Notes: generated by a model not told the origin, from the sequence alone. Numbered from the stretch's first letter, positions 21,420-31,070 are shown. The stretch is 64,000 nt of DNA from Rubrivivax sp. (GCA_016707445.1 JADJHR010000013.1:12450-76449), one strand, 5' to 3'. Made by a program: numbers and translations.

Positions 21420-24357
21420 ATGCCAGCTTCACACGTTCGCCCCCAGCCCGGCCATGCCGTGCCGTCCAGCCTTGCGCCCCAGGCCATCAGCGCCGAGGTG
21501 TTGCAGGAAAAGTACGCCAAAGGCGACGAAACCACGGCGCTGCAGGTGCACCAGCGCGTGGCAGCGGCACTGGCCCAGGCCGAGGCTCCGGCGCGCCGCG
21601 CCGACTGGCAGGCGCGCTTCCTGCATGCGCTGGAACAGGGCTTCATTCCGGCCGGACGCATCCAGTCGGCCGCCGGCACCGACCTGGCCGCCACGCTGAT
21701 CAACTGCTTCGTGCAGCCGGTGGGCGATTCGATCGCCCAGGTCGATGATGGCCACCCCGGCATCTACACCGCGCTGACCGAGGCCGCCGAGACCATGCGC
21801 CGCGGTGGCGGCGTGGGCTACGACTTCAGCCGCATCCGCCCGCGCGGGGCCTGGGTGGGCAGCACGCAAAGCAGCGCCTCCGGCCCGGTGAGCTACATGC
21901 GCGTGTTCGACCGCTCGTGCGAGACGGTGGAGTCAGCCGGCTCGCGCCGTGGCGCGCAGATGGGCGTGCTGCGCTGCGACCACCCCGACATCGAAGAATT
22001 CATCCACGCCAAGGACAGCGGCGACCTGAAGAACTTCAACATCAGCGTGGGCGTCACCGACGCCTTCATGCAGGCCGTCAAGGCCGACGCCGAGATCGAG
22101 CTCGTGCACCGCGCCGAACCAGGCGCCAAGCTCAGGGCTGCCGGGGCCACCGCGCGCCCACCACGCCGGGGCAGGACCTGGCGCGGCGGCCTGGGTCTAC
22201 CGCAAGCTGCCGGCGCGCACCTTGTGGGACCAGATCATGCGGGCGACCTACGACCACGCCGAACCCGGCGTGCTCTTCCTGGACACGATCAACCGCGACA
22301 ACAACCTCGCCTACTGCGAGACGATCGCCAGCACCAACCCCTGCGCCGAGCAGCCGCTGCCGCCCTATGGTTGCTGCTGCCTGGGCTCGATCGACCTCAC
22401 GCGCTTCGTGCGCCGGCCGTTCGAGGACGATGCCGGCTTCGATGAAGCCGCTTTCGTGCAGGTGGTGCAGGTGGCGGTGCGCATGCTCGACAACGTGCTC
22501 GACATCAGCGTCTGGCCGCTGGCGCAGCAACACGACGAAGCCCGGCGCAAGCGCCGCATCGGCCTGGGCTTCACCGGCCTGGGCGACGCGCTGGTGATGC
22601 TGGGCCTGCGCTACGACACCGAACCGGCGCGCACCATGGGGCGCCACATCGCCACCGTGATGCGTGATGCGGCCTACGAGGCGTCGGTCGAGCTGGCGCG
22701 CGAGCGCGGTGCCTTCGCGCTCTTCAACGCCGACCTCTATCTCAGCGGCAGCAGCTTTGCGTCACGCCTGCCGGGGCCGCTGCGCGAGCGCATCCGCCAG
22801 CACGGGCTGCGCAACTCGCACCTGTTGTCGATCGCACCCACCGGCACCATCAGCCTGGCCTTTGCCGACAACGCCAGCAACGGCATCGAGCCGGCGTTCA
22901 GCTGGACCTACACGCGCAAGAAGCGCATGCCCGACGGCAACCTGCGCGAATACGCCGTCGAGGACCACGCCTGGCGGCTGTACCGCCACCTGCGCGGCAC
23001 CGACGCACCGCTGACCGAGGCCTTCGTCACCGCGCTGGAGATGAGCGCACAGGACCATGCGGCGATGGTGGCCGCGGTGGCACCCTTCATCGACACCGCG
23101 ATCAGCAAGACCGTCAATGTGCCGGTCGACTACCCGTACGAAGACTTCCAGGGCCTGTACCTGCAAGCCTGGGAATCGGGCTTGAAGGGCCTGGCCACCT
23201 ACCGTCCCAACGCGGTGGTGGGCTCGGTGCTCAGCACCACGCCGACCGCCACGGCGGCCGCCACCGCGATGCCGCTGTCGTCGGCCAACCGGCGCCTGGC
23301 GCTGGACCGTCTGCCGGCGCCGGTGCTGGCCAGCCTGCGCTGGCCCGGCCGGCCCGAGCTGCCGGGCGGCAACCCGTCGTGGACCTACATGGTGCAGCAC
23401 CCGTTCGGCGATTTCGGGCTCTTCGTCGGTGAGTTGTCCGACCCTCAGGGCAGCCGGTCGCGCCCGTTCGAAGTCTGGGTCAACGGCGCCGAGCAGCCGC
23501 GCGGCCTGGGGGCGCTGGCCAAGACCTTGTCGATGGACCTGCGCACCAACGACGCGGCCTGGCTGCAGCTCAAGCTCGACGCGCTGGCCACCGTGGCCGA
23601 AGAGCGCTCGTTCGAGATGCCGTTCCCGCCGCACGGCGAGAAGCGGCTGTTCCCCGGCGTGGTGGCGGCCACCGCCGCCGTGATCCGCTGGCGCTGCGAG
23701 CAGCTGGGCGCGCTGCCGCGTGACGACGACCCGCGGCCCACACCGGTGATGGACGCGTTGTTCGCACGCCGCGAGCCGTTGACCGGCCCGTCGGGCACGC
23801 TGGCCTGGGCGGTGGACATCGAGAACCCGGCCGCCGGCGAGCGTTTCACGCTCACACTGAAGGAAATCACGCTGCCCGGCCCCGATGGCGCGCCGGTGAC
23901 GCGGCCCTGCGCGATCGGCTTTTCGGGCAACTACCCGCGTGCGCTGGACGGCCTGGCGCGTCTGCTGTCGCTGGACATGCGGGTCATCGACCCGGCCTGG
24001 ATCGGCATGAAGCTGCGCAAGCTGCTCAACTACGCCGAGCCGCTGGGCCACTTCATGGCCTTCGTGCCCGGCCTGCCGCATGGCCAGCAGCGGCAGCAGC
24101 TGTGGCCGTCCACCGTGGCCTACATGGCGCGGCTGATCATCCACCGCTACGCGATGCTGGGCGTGCTCGACGAGGAGGGTTTTCCGCTGCGCGAGATGGG
24201 CGTGCTCGAGTCGCCGCGCGGCAACGCCGCGGGTGTCGGCCGCGAGCCGGCACAGCAACCAGGCAAGCCCTGCCCCGAATGCGGCAACGCCACCGTGATC
24301 CACAAGGACGGCTGCGATTTCTGCACCGCCTGCGGGTACGTGGGGACGTGCGGCTAG
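21420..24357 (+). CDS. nrdJ: class II (adenosylcobalamin-dependent) ribonucleoside-diphosphate reductase; 1-nt frameshift within 22140-22192
   Basis: The N-part, in the frame of ORF 21114-22445, is good up to ...[17 protein letters not shown]. The C-part (ORF 22222-24357 frame) begins [31 protein letters not shown]...[18 protein letters not shown], with a C-terminal Zn ribbon CPECGN...CDFCTACG. Span is 3n+1. Confidence 0.88.
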
Positions 24358-24439
24358 GGGTCGCACTTGAAGTGGGTGAGAACCTGGCCCAAGATGTCTG
24401 GCACGCCACCGGCGTGCTCATCACCTGCAAAGGCAAGCC

Positions 24440-24844
24440 ATGGACCTCGCCCGACCGACCCGCCATCCCGGCCTGATCGCTGCCGCCTCGGCCACGCTGC
24501 TGCTGGTCGCCTGCGCCAGTGACAACCGCACTGTCGGCCAGAAGATCGACTCGGCCATCGCGACCTCCGAGCGCACGGCGGACAGTGTGGCCGACAGGGT
24601 GAACAAGGCCGTCGGAACGGCCACCGCCAGCGCGGCCGACGCCGCGATCACGACCGGCATCAATGCCGAGCTGGCCAAGGACCCGAGACTGAGCCTGTTT
24701 CGCATCGACGTCGACACCAGCCGTGGCCGGGTGACCTTGTCCGGCACGGCACCCGACGCCGAGTCGCGATTGCGCGCCACCCGGCTCGCCGAAGGCGTGA
24801 AAGGCGTGACCCACGTCGAGAATCGGCTGAAGACCGGCGGCTGA
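24440..24844 (+). CDS. BON-domain lipoprotein (OsmY-like)
   Basis: 134 aa, lipobox LLLVAC. BON core NAELAKDPRLSLFRIDVDTSRGRVTLSGTAPDAESRLRATRLAEGVKGVTHVENRL. Confidence 0.85.
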   Translation: MDLARPTRHPGLIAAASATLLLVACASDNRTVGQKIDSAIATSERTADSVADRVNKAVGTATASAADAAITTGINAELAKDPRLSLFRIDVDTSRGRVTLSGTAPDAESRLRATRLAEGVKGVTHVENRLKTGG

Positions 24845-25007
24845 TCTGGCCCGGGGCCGAGGTCGCGACGTTCGCGCGGTGGGTCGTCGTCTGGCGGCCG
24901 AAGCCGTCCTGGGTCTGACCCGGTTTGTGTGCGCTGTGGGAAATCGCTGACAAGTGCTTCGGCCCTGGGCCGACAGCACGATCAACCCGGGTGGTGAAAA
25001 ATCCGTC

Positions 25008-26963
25008 ATGGAAAACCTCGACACTCCCGGCCCAACGCGCCGTTCGGTCACCGTTCGCCTGCCGGGCGTGGTGTTGGCGGCCGCCAAACTGTTGCTGGCG
25101 GCGCTGATCATCGCCGGCCTGTATCTGGGCAAGGACATCCTGGTGCCGCTGGCCCTGGCCGGGTTGCTCGCCTTCTTGCTCGACCCCTTGGTGATGCGGC
25201 TGCGGCGCTGGCAGGTGCCACGCGCGCTGGCGGTGGCGCTGGTGATGCTGGCCACGCTGGCCACCGTGGCCGGCGCGTCGGTGCTGGTTGCCCTGCAGGC
25301 GCAGCAGCTGGGCCAGGACCTGCCGCGCTACCAGAGCACGATCGAGAACAAGCTGCGCAGCCTGCGCCGCACCATCATGGCCGAGCGCTCGAGCAACTCG
25401 GCCACGCGGCTGATCGACGTCGTCGGCCATGAGGTCGAAGCCACGCGCAAGGCGCTGGAACAGGCGGCCAGCGGCGGCGAGCGCCCTCCGATGCGGGTCA
25501 AGGTGGCTGCGGCCGAGACACCGCCGCTGCAGGCGCTGGGCGACTGGCTCAGTCCGGCGATCCAGCCGCTGCTCACCGGCGGCATCGCGCTGGTGCTGCT
25601 GATCTTCATCCTGCTCGATCGCCACGAACTGCGCGACCGCCTGTTGCGCCTGGCCGGGGTCGACCTGCACCCCATGACCGATGCGCTGGACGAGGCGGCA
25701 AATCGTGTCAGCCGTTACTTGGGCATGCAGCTGCTGGTCAACGTGGGCTATGGGCTGCCGCTGGCCCTGGGGTTGTGGTTGATCGGGGTGCCCGGTGCGC
25801 TGCTGTGGGGCGTGCTGGCCGGCGTGATGCGATTTGTGCCCTACGTCGGGCCGCTGGTGGCGGCGGTGTTCCCGCTGGCGATGGCGTTTGCGGTCGACCC
25901 GGGCTGGCACATGCTGATCTGGACCGTGGTGCTGCTGCTGGCGCTGGAGCTGATCATCAACAACCTGATCGAGCCCTGGCTGTACGGCGCCAGCACCGGT
26001 CTGGCGGCGGTGGCGGTGCTGGTGTCGGCCGCCTTCTGGACCGTGCTGTGGGGGCCGGTGGGCCTGCTGCTGGCCACGCCCATGACGGTGTGCCTGGTGG
26101 TGCTGGGCCGCCACCTGCCGGCGCTGCGCTTCCTGGATCTGCTGCTCGGCAAGGATCCGGTGTTCGACGCGCCGACCCGCCTGTACCAGCGGCTTCTGGC
26201 CGGCCACGTCGAGGCGGCCACCGAACTGGCCGAATGCCAGATCGCCAGCGAAGGCCTGGCAGCGTTCTACAGCGGCTGCGCCTTGCCGGCGCTGGGCATG
26301 TCCGCCGCCGACCGCAACCGCGTGGCCAGCGACGAACACCGCCAACGCATCAGCAGCGGCATGGCCGCGCTGCTGCACGAACTGCGCAGCGTGCACACGC
26401 CCGAGACGCCAGCCGCACCCGACGGGCCGCGCGTGTGCTGTGCCGGGCTGCGCTGGGAAGCCGATGCACTGGCCGCCGACATGCTGACGCACACGCTGGC
26501 CCAGCTGGGGCTGGATGCCCGCAGCCTGCCGGCCACCGCGATCAGCGCCGAGAACCTGGGCGGCCTGGACCTCGCGGGGGTGAAGATCCTGTGCCTGTCG
26601 TCCTTCAACCCTGAGCCCGAGGCCGCGCTGCGGCTGGTGGGCCGGCGTCTGCAACGGCGCTGGCCAGGGCTGCAGCTGGTACTGGCACTGTGGCATGCAC
26701 CCAGCCGCCTGCGTGAGCCGGGCGCAGCGCAGGCCCTGGGCGCCCGTGCGCTGGTCTGTACGCTGGTCGACGCGACCCAAGACATCCAGGCCCTTCTGGC
26801 CGAACCGGAGACCGAGATGCGTCAACGTCCTACAACCGGCGCCGACCTTGTCCGATGGGATGCACCAGCCCCTCTGCCTACAGTGAAGCCATCGGATGAA
26901 CAAGCACCGCTTGGCACCGAAGATGGATCTTCAACCCAAGGCCTGGCTCGGCAATCGCCGTGA
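25008..26963 (+). CDS. AI-2E (PerM/YhhT) family transporter with ~270-aa C-terminal cytoplasmic extension
   Basis: Multi-TM core (LLDPLVMRL..., FVPYVGPLVAAVFPLAMAF..., LLATPMTVCLVVLGRH) followed by a soluble domain. ATG at 25008 (MENLDTPG). Confidence 0.8.
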   Translation: MENLDTPGPTRRSVTVRLPGVVLAAAKLLLAALIIAGLYLGKDILVPLALAGLLAFLLDPLVMRLRRWQVPRALAVALVMLATLATVAGASVLVALQAQQLGQDLPRYQSTIENKLRSLRRTIMAERSSNSATRLIDVVGHEVEATRKALEQAASGGERPPMRVKVAAAETPPLQALGDWLSPAIQPLLTGGIALVLLIFILLDRHELRDRLLRLAGVDLHPMTDALDEAANRVSRYLGMQLLVNVGYGLPLALGLWLIGVPGALLWGVLAGVMRFVPYVGPLVAAVFPLAMAFAVDPGWHMLIWTVVLLLALELIINNLIEPWLYGASTGLAAVAVLVSAAFWTVLWGPVGLLLATPMTVCLVVLGRHLPALRFLDLLLGKDPVFDAPTRLYQRLLAGHVEAATELAECQIASEGLAAFYSGCALPALGMSAADRNRVASDEHRQRISSGMAALLHELRSVHTPETPAAPDGPRVCCAGLRWEADALAADMLTHTLAQLGLDARSLPATAISAENLGGLDLAGVKILCLSSFNPEPEAALRLVGRRLQRRWPGLQLVLALWHAPSRLREPGAAQALGARALVCTLVDATQDIQALLAEPETEMRQRPTTGADLVRWDAPAPLPTVKPSDEQAPLGTEDGSSTQGLARQSP

Positions 26964-26992
26964 CCTCAGCCCGATTTCAAGGAGTTCACACC

Positions 26993-27310
26993 ATGAATGC
27001 TCGCACCACCCTGGTTGCCCTGGCCACTGCTGTCGCCGCCCTCACTGTTCTGCCCGGTTGCGCCGTCACGCGCGGCCAGGAAACGGTCGGCGCCTACGTC
27101 GACGACGCCACCATCACGGCTTCGGTCAAGGCCAAGTTTGTCGAGAACCATCAGGTCGATGCGACGTCGATCAAGGTCGAAACCCTCAATGGTGAGGTGA
27201 TGCTGTCGGGCTTCGCGAAGAACATGACCGAGCGTTCATCTGCCGAGACGATCGCGCGCAACACCAAGGGCGTGAGGGGCGTGAAGAACCAGATCGTCGT
27301 GCGCAGCTGA
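26993..27310 (+). CDS. BON-domain lipoprotein
   Basis: MNARTTLVALATAVAALTVLPGCAV... then DDATITASVKAKFVENHQVDATSIKVETLNGEVMLSGFA...GVRGVKNQIVV. SD aaggag lies 8 nt upstream. Confidence 0.88.
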   Translation: MNARTTLVALATAVAALTVLPGCAVTRGQETVGAYVDDATITASVKAKFVENHQVDATSIKVETLNGEVMLSGFAKNMTERSSAETIARNTKGVRGVKNQIVVRS

Positions 27311-27470
27311 GCCAAGCAACACGGGCATCAAACCGACAGCCCATGACCGGACCTTGTTGCCAGGGCAGACACGCCCAGCCGGACCGCCCGATGCGTCGCA
27401 TCGGAGGAAAACGGTGGCAATAAATCCGGCCGGTCGGCGAGCACCTTTCACGCCGTACTGACTGAAACAG

Positions 27471-27506
27471 CAAACGCCTGCCTTCGGGTAGGCGTTTGCC
27501 TTTGTC
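27471..27506 (+). terminator. rho-independent terminator (12-bp stem, UUCG tetraloop)
   Basis: caaacgcctgcc-ttcg-ggtaggcgtttg followed by cctttgtc. It lies 160 nt after the BON stop. Confidence 0.65.
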
Positions 27507-27594
27507 GGGCAGGCCCCAGGCCTGGGTATGACATTTCCGACATGACAAGCAGCCCGCCGGCGGCATACGCCTAGCGGCCCAGGTCCGATAATCC

Positions 27595-28086
27595 ATGAAG
27601 CATCTCAACATCCTCGCAACTGCAACCCGTCATGCGGCGGGTGCCACCCTTGTGGGCGCGCTTCAGACCTTGAACTCGGCCATGCCCGCACCTCGGAACA
27701 CCACTCAAGCGCTTCGTTGCTTCGTGGTCGAAGACAGTGCCGTGATTCGTCAAAATCTGGTCGCCACGCTCGAAGAGCTGCTCGATGTCGAGGTGGTTGG
27801 TTCAGCCGAAGACGAACGCGGGGCCATCGACTGGCTGCAGCGCGGCGGCGACTGCAACCTGATGATCATCGACATCTTTCTCAGGTCGGGCACCGGCCTC
27901 GAGGTGCTTCGGCGCGCCCGCATCGAGAGACCCGAAGCCCACCTGGTGGTGCTGACCAACTACGCCACCGCCGACATTCGACGGCGCTGCGCGCAACTGG
28001 GGGCCGACCGTGTGTTCGACAAGTCAGCTGAGCTCGACGAGCTGCTGGCCTACTGTGCCGAGCTGGCCACCTCGGGGCCGCATTGA
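27595..28086 (+). CDS. single-domain response regulator (REC only)
   Basis: 163 aa: LRCFVVEDSAVIRQNL...LMIIDIFLRSGTGLEVL...VVLTNYA..., with no output domain. The ~40-aa N-terminal lead means the start is uncertain. Confidence 0.8.
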   Translation: MKHLNILATATRHAAGATLVGALQTLNSAMPAPRNTTQALRCFVVEDSAVIRQNLVATLEELLDVEVVGSAEDERGAIDWLQRGGDCNLMIIDIFLRSGTGLEVLRRARIERPEAHLVVLTNYATADIRRRCAQLGADRVFDKSAELDELLAYCAELATSGPH

Positions 28087-28115
28087 TGCCATGCACCGGC
28101 CTTGCGGTCGAAGCA

Positions 28116-28748
28116 CTACTGGATCAAGCCGTTCTTCAGCGCGTAGTAGGTCAGGTCGCTGTTCGACGACAGGTTCATCTTTTCCATCACGCGCGTGCGG
28201 TAGGTGCTGACGGTCTTCACGCTCAGCGACATGCTGTCGGCCATGTGGCCGATGGTCTCGCCCTTGGCCAATCGCAAAAAGACCTGGAACTCACGCTCCG
28301 ACAGCAGTTCGTGCGGCAGCTTGTCGACATCGCCGCCCAGCGCATCGGCCAGCAGCTCAGCCACTGCCGGAGTGATGTACTTGCGGCCGCGAAACACCGT
28401 GCGGATCGCGTTGACGATTTCCTCGGGGTCGCATTCCTTGTTCAGGTAGCCGCTGGCGCCCTGGCGCAGCAAGGTGGTGGCGTAATGGGTTTCGGGGTAG
28501 CCGCTCAGGATCAGCACCGGCAGCTCGGGCGCGCGCGCCTTGATGGCGGCCAGCGCGTCGACACCGCTCTGGTCGGGCATCGAGAGGTCCATCACCAGCA
28601 CGTCGACCTCGCCGCCACGCACCAGGTTGAGCGCTTCGCGCCCGTTTGCGGCTTCACCGGTGACGCGCAGGTCGACGTGTTCGGAGAAAAACTGCCTCAG
28701 GCCGGTGCGAACGATCGCGTGGTCATCGACGATTCCGATCCTGATCAT
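28116..28748 (-). CDS. NarL/FixJ (LuxR-type HTH) response regulator
   Basis: MIRIGIVDDHAIVRTGL...VLVMDLSMPDQSG...LSEREFQVFLRLAKGETIGHMADSMSLSVKTVSTYRTRVMEKM. Confidence 0.92.
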   Translation of the reverse strand: MIRIGIVDDHAIVRTGLRQFFSEHVDLRVTGEAANGREALNLVRGGEVDVLVMDLSMPDQSGVDALAAIKARAPELPVLILSGYPETHYATTLLRQGASGYLNKECDPEEIVNAIRTVFRGRKYITPAVAELLADALGGDVDKLPHELLSEREFQVFLRLAKGETIGHMADSMSLSVKTVSTYRTRVMEKMNLSSNSDLTYYALKNGLIQ

Positions 28749-28793
28749 GCGGCGTCCGATTTCCTGCAGCTCGAAGGGCTTGGAGTTTAGGTC

Positions 28794-30173
28794 ATGCGCC
28801 GCCGTCTCGTTGCCTTCAGTGATCGCATTCGCAGCAGTGCGCTGGCCATCCCGGTCGCGGTGGTGGCGGCCGCGATGATGCTGATCATCAGCGAGCTGGC
28901 CTTTCACGGCGCCAACTCCCAGTTGCGCCAGTTGGTCGACATGGGCAAGGCCCGGGTGCAGTTGTTGAACGTGATGCAGCGACTGACCGATGCCGAATCG
29001 GGCAGTCGCGGCCATGTGCTGGCCGGTGGCGACGAGTACCTGGTGCCCTACCAGAGCGCGCGTCAGGACGCGCAGGACGGGCTGGCCCGGCTCGAGGCCC
29101 TGTACCAGGTGATCGGTGACGCGCAGGCCGAGGGCCGCCGCCAGCGTGTTGCCGAGCTGGTGAACTCCAAGCTCAGCGAGCTCGAAGAGGTGCTGCGACT
29201 GCACAAGAGTGGCCGCTACGAGGCCGCGCTGGAGATGATCCGCTCGGGCATCGGGCGCGACCTGATGAATCAACTGCGCCAGGAGATCGGCGACTTGCTC
29301 GACGAGCAGAACGCGCGCATCGCCACTGGCCTGGACGGCATGTACCACACCTTGCTGCTCAGCCGACTCGGCGTATCGGCCATGACCGCGATCAGCCTGC
29401 TGGTGCTGGTGATGTTTGTCCGCCAGGGCCGACTGCTCGACGCCATTTTGCTGGAGCGCCAGGCTTCGGTGCAGGCCGAACGCGACCGGCTGGAGCAGGA
29501 GGTGCTGCAACGCACCGACGAGCTGACCGAACTGGCGCGCCACCTGCAGACCGCGCGCGAGGACGAGCGCGCACGCTTGGCGCGCGACCTGCACGATGAG
29601 CTGGGTGCGCTGCTGACGGCGGCCAAGCTTGACGTGGCGCGCATGCGCCCCAAGTTGCAGCAGTCAGCACCCGAGCTGCTGCCGCGCCTGACGCACCTGA
29701 CCGAATTCTTGAACAGCGGCATCGCGCTCAAGCGCCGCATCATCGAGGACCTGCGTCCTTCGACGCTGAGCAGCCTGGGCCTGTGCCCGGCACTCGAGAT
29801 CCTGTGCACCGAGTTCGCCGAAGGTTCGGGGCTGGTGGTCGAGGTCGATCTGCAGCCGGTGCGGCTGGAGCCGGGCGCCGAGCTGACCGTGTTCCGCCTG
29901 GTGCAGGAGGCGCTGACGAACATCACCAAGTACGCGCAGGCCAGCCGGGTGCACGTGCGCCTGAAGGTCGACGACGACCAGGCTTGGATCAGCGTCACCG
30001 ACGATGGCGTCGGTTTCGATCCGCACCAGATCGTGCGCTCCAGCCATGGCCTGCTGGGCATGCGCTATCGCGTCGAGTCGGTTCTCGGCCAGCTGCGGCT
30101 GGACACCGCACCGGGGCGCGGCACGACGATCAGCGCCCACCTGCCGCAGCGCGGCGCACCAGCGTCAGCGTAG
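28794..30173 (+). CDS. CHASE3-domain sensor histidine kinase (HisKA_3 / NarX-DegS type)
   Basis: 459 aa. The periplasmic CHASE3-like helical domain lies between two TM segments. H-box EDERARLARDLHDELG and an HATPase C-terminus. Divergent from the NarL-type regulator across a 45-nt spacer. Confidence 0.88.
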   Translation: MRRRLVAFSDRIRSSALAIPVAVVAAAMMLIISELAFHGANSQLRQLVDMGKARVQLLNVMQRLTDAESGSRGHVLAGGDEYLVPYQSARQDAQDGLARLEALYQVIGDAQAEGRRQRVAELVNSKLSELEEVLRLHKSGRYEAALEMIRSGIGRDLMNQLRQEIGDLLDEQNARIATGLDGMYHTLLLSRLGVSAMTAISLLVLVMFVRQGRLLDAILLERQASVQAERDRLEQEVLQRTDELTELARHLQTAREDERARLARDLHDELGALLTAAKLDVARMRPKLQQSAPELLPRLTHLTEFLNSGIALKRRIIEDLRPSTLSSLGLCPALEILCTEFAEGSGLVVEVDLQPVRLEPGAELTVFRLVQEALTNITKYAQASRVHVRLKVDDDQAWISVTDDGVGFDPHQIVRSSHGLLGMRYRVESVLGQLRLDTAPGRGTTISAHLPQRGAPASA

Positions 30174-30334
30174 GCCCCGTCCTACGCCAAGGCCCTCGCT
30201 GCGCCGACAGTGTCAGGCGGTGTCCGCCGCTCGCAAAGCACTGGCCTGGTTTCTAAAGTGGACCCATCGCAGCTTCATTGGTTGCGACACACCAGAGTCC
30301 CGGGGGCAAGACCCCCGCACACCAGGAGCCCACC

Positions 30335-30499
30335 ATGCTGCACTACGCCGTCGTCTTCTTCGTCATTGCCCTGATCGCCGCGCTGTTTGGCTTCGGTGGC
30401 ATCGCCGCCGGTGCCGCCGGCATTGCCAAGATCCTGTTCTTCGTGTTCGTGATACTCGCCATCGCGACCTTCCTGTTCGGCCTGATCCGCAAGGGCTAG
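30335..30499 (+). CDS. DUF1328 (YtjA/UPF0391) small membrane protein
   Basis: [54 protein letters not shown], 54 aa. Confidence 0.88.
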   Translation: MLHYAVVFFVIALIAALFGFGGIAAGAAGIAKILFFVFVILAIATFLFGLIRKG

Positions 30500-30567
30500 C
30501 ACGGCCTGAAAGCCCACTCGACCTTGCATGCGCCGTGAAAGCGGCCACCCCCGACAAAAGGCAAACC

Positions 30568-31041
30568 ATGAACTTCAATCGATCGCCACGCCATCTGACC
30601 CTGATCGCCGCGGCCACTGCCGCCTTGCTGCTGTCGGCCTGCGGGCGTGATGACAACCAGACCGTCGGCCAGAAGATCGACGGCGCCATCGCCACCACCG
30701 AGCGCAACGTCGAACAGGCGCGCACTGATGCCAGCCAGAAGATGGCCGAGGCCAAGGACACGGCCGAGCGCGCCACCGACAAGGTGGCGGAGAAGGTCGA
30801 CAGGGTGGTCGACGCGGTCGGCAACACCGTGGCCGACGCCGCATTGACCGCCAGCGTCAACGCCGAACTGGCCAAGGACTCGAAGCTGAGTGCCATGCGC
30901 ATCGACGTCGACACCACCAACGGCCGGGTACTGTTGCAGGGCAAGGCGCCCGACGCTGCGTCTCGTGACCGCGCCACGCGGCTGGCTGAAGGCGTCAAAG
31001 GCGTGAATCACGTCGAGAACCGCATGCAGATCGGCGGCTGA
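30568..31041 (+). CDS. BON-domain lipoprotein, paralogue of 24440-24844
   Basis: Lipobox LLLSAC. TVGQKIDGAIATTER...NAELAKDSKLSAMRIDVDTTNGRVLLQGKAPDAASRDRATRLAEGVKGVNHVENRMQIGG. Track ORF 30004-31041 over-extends. Confidence 0.88.
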   Translation: MNFNRSPRHLTLIAAATAALLLSACGRDDNQTVGQKIDGAIATTERNVEQARTDASQKMAEAKDTAERATDKVAEKVDRVVDAVGNTVADAALTASVNAELAKDSKLSAMRIDVDTTNGRVLLQGKAPDAASRDRATRLAEGVKGVNHVENRMQIGG

Positions 31042-31070
31042 GCAAACCCGCAACCGCATCGGTGACGGTC

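Noticed and set aside
24357-24440. TGGCAC motif (tggcacgccaccggcgtgc) upstream of the first BON gene, considered as a sigma-54 promoter.
   Set aside because: The -12 position reads cggc-g rather than TTGC, and the GG-N10-GC spacing is not met.
24660-26903. Very long ORFs antisense to or overlapping well-supported genes. Examples: 24660-26903 (747 aa), 38009-40876 (955 aa), 53345-56533 (1062 aa), 3147-4385, 9875-11101, 44565-46214.
   Set aside because: Their translations are Arg/Gly/Ala/His/Pro-rich low-complexity strings with no motifs, and each lies opposite a gene with clear homology. Stop codons are rare in every frame of ~70% G+C DNA, so these are compositional artefacts.
27343-27423. 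26-codon ORF (MTGPCCQGRHAQPDRPMRRIGGKRWQ) in the BON 3' UTR.
   Set aside because: No SD, no signal peptide, an Arg-rich composition typical of off-frame GC-rich sequence, and no coupling to a neighbouring gene.
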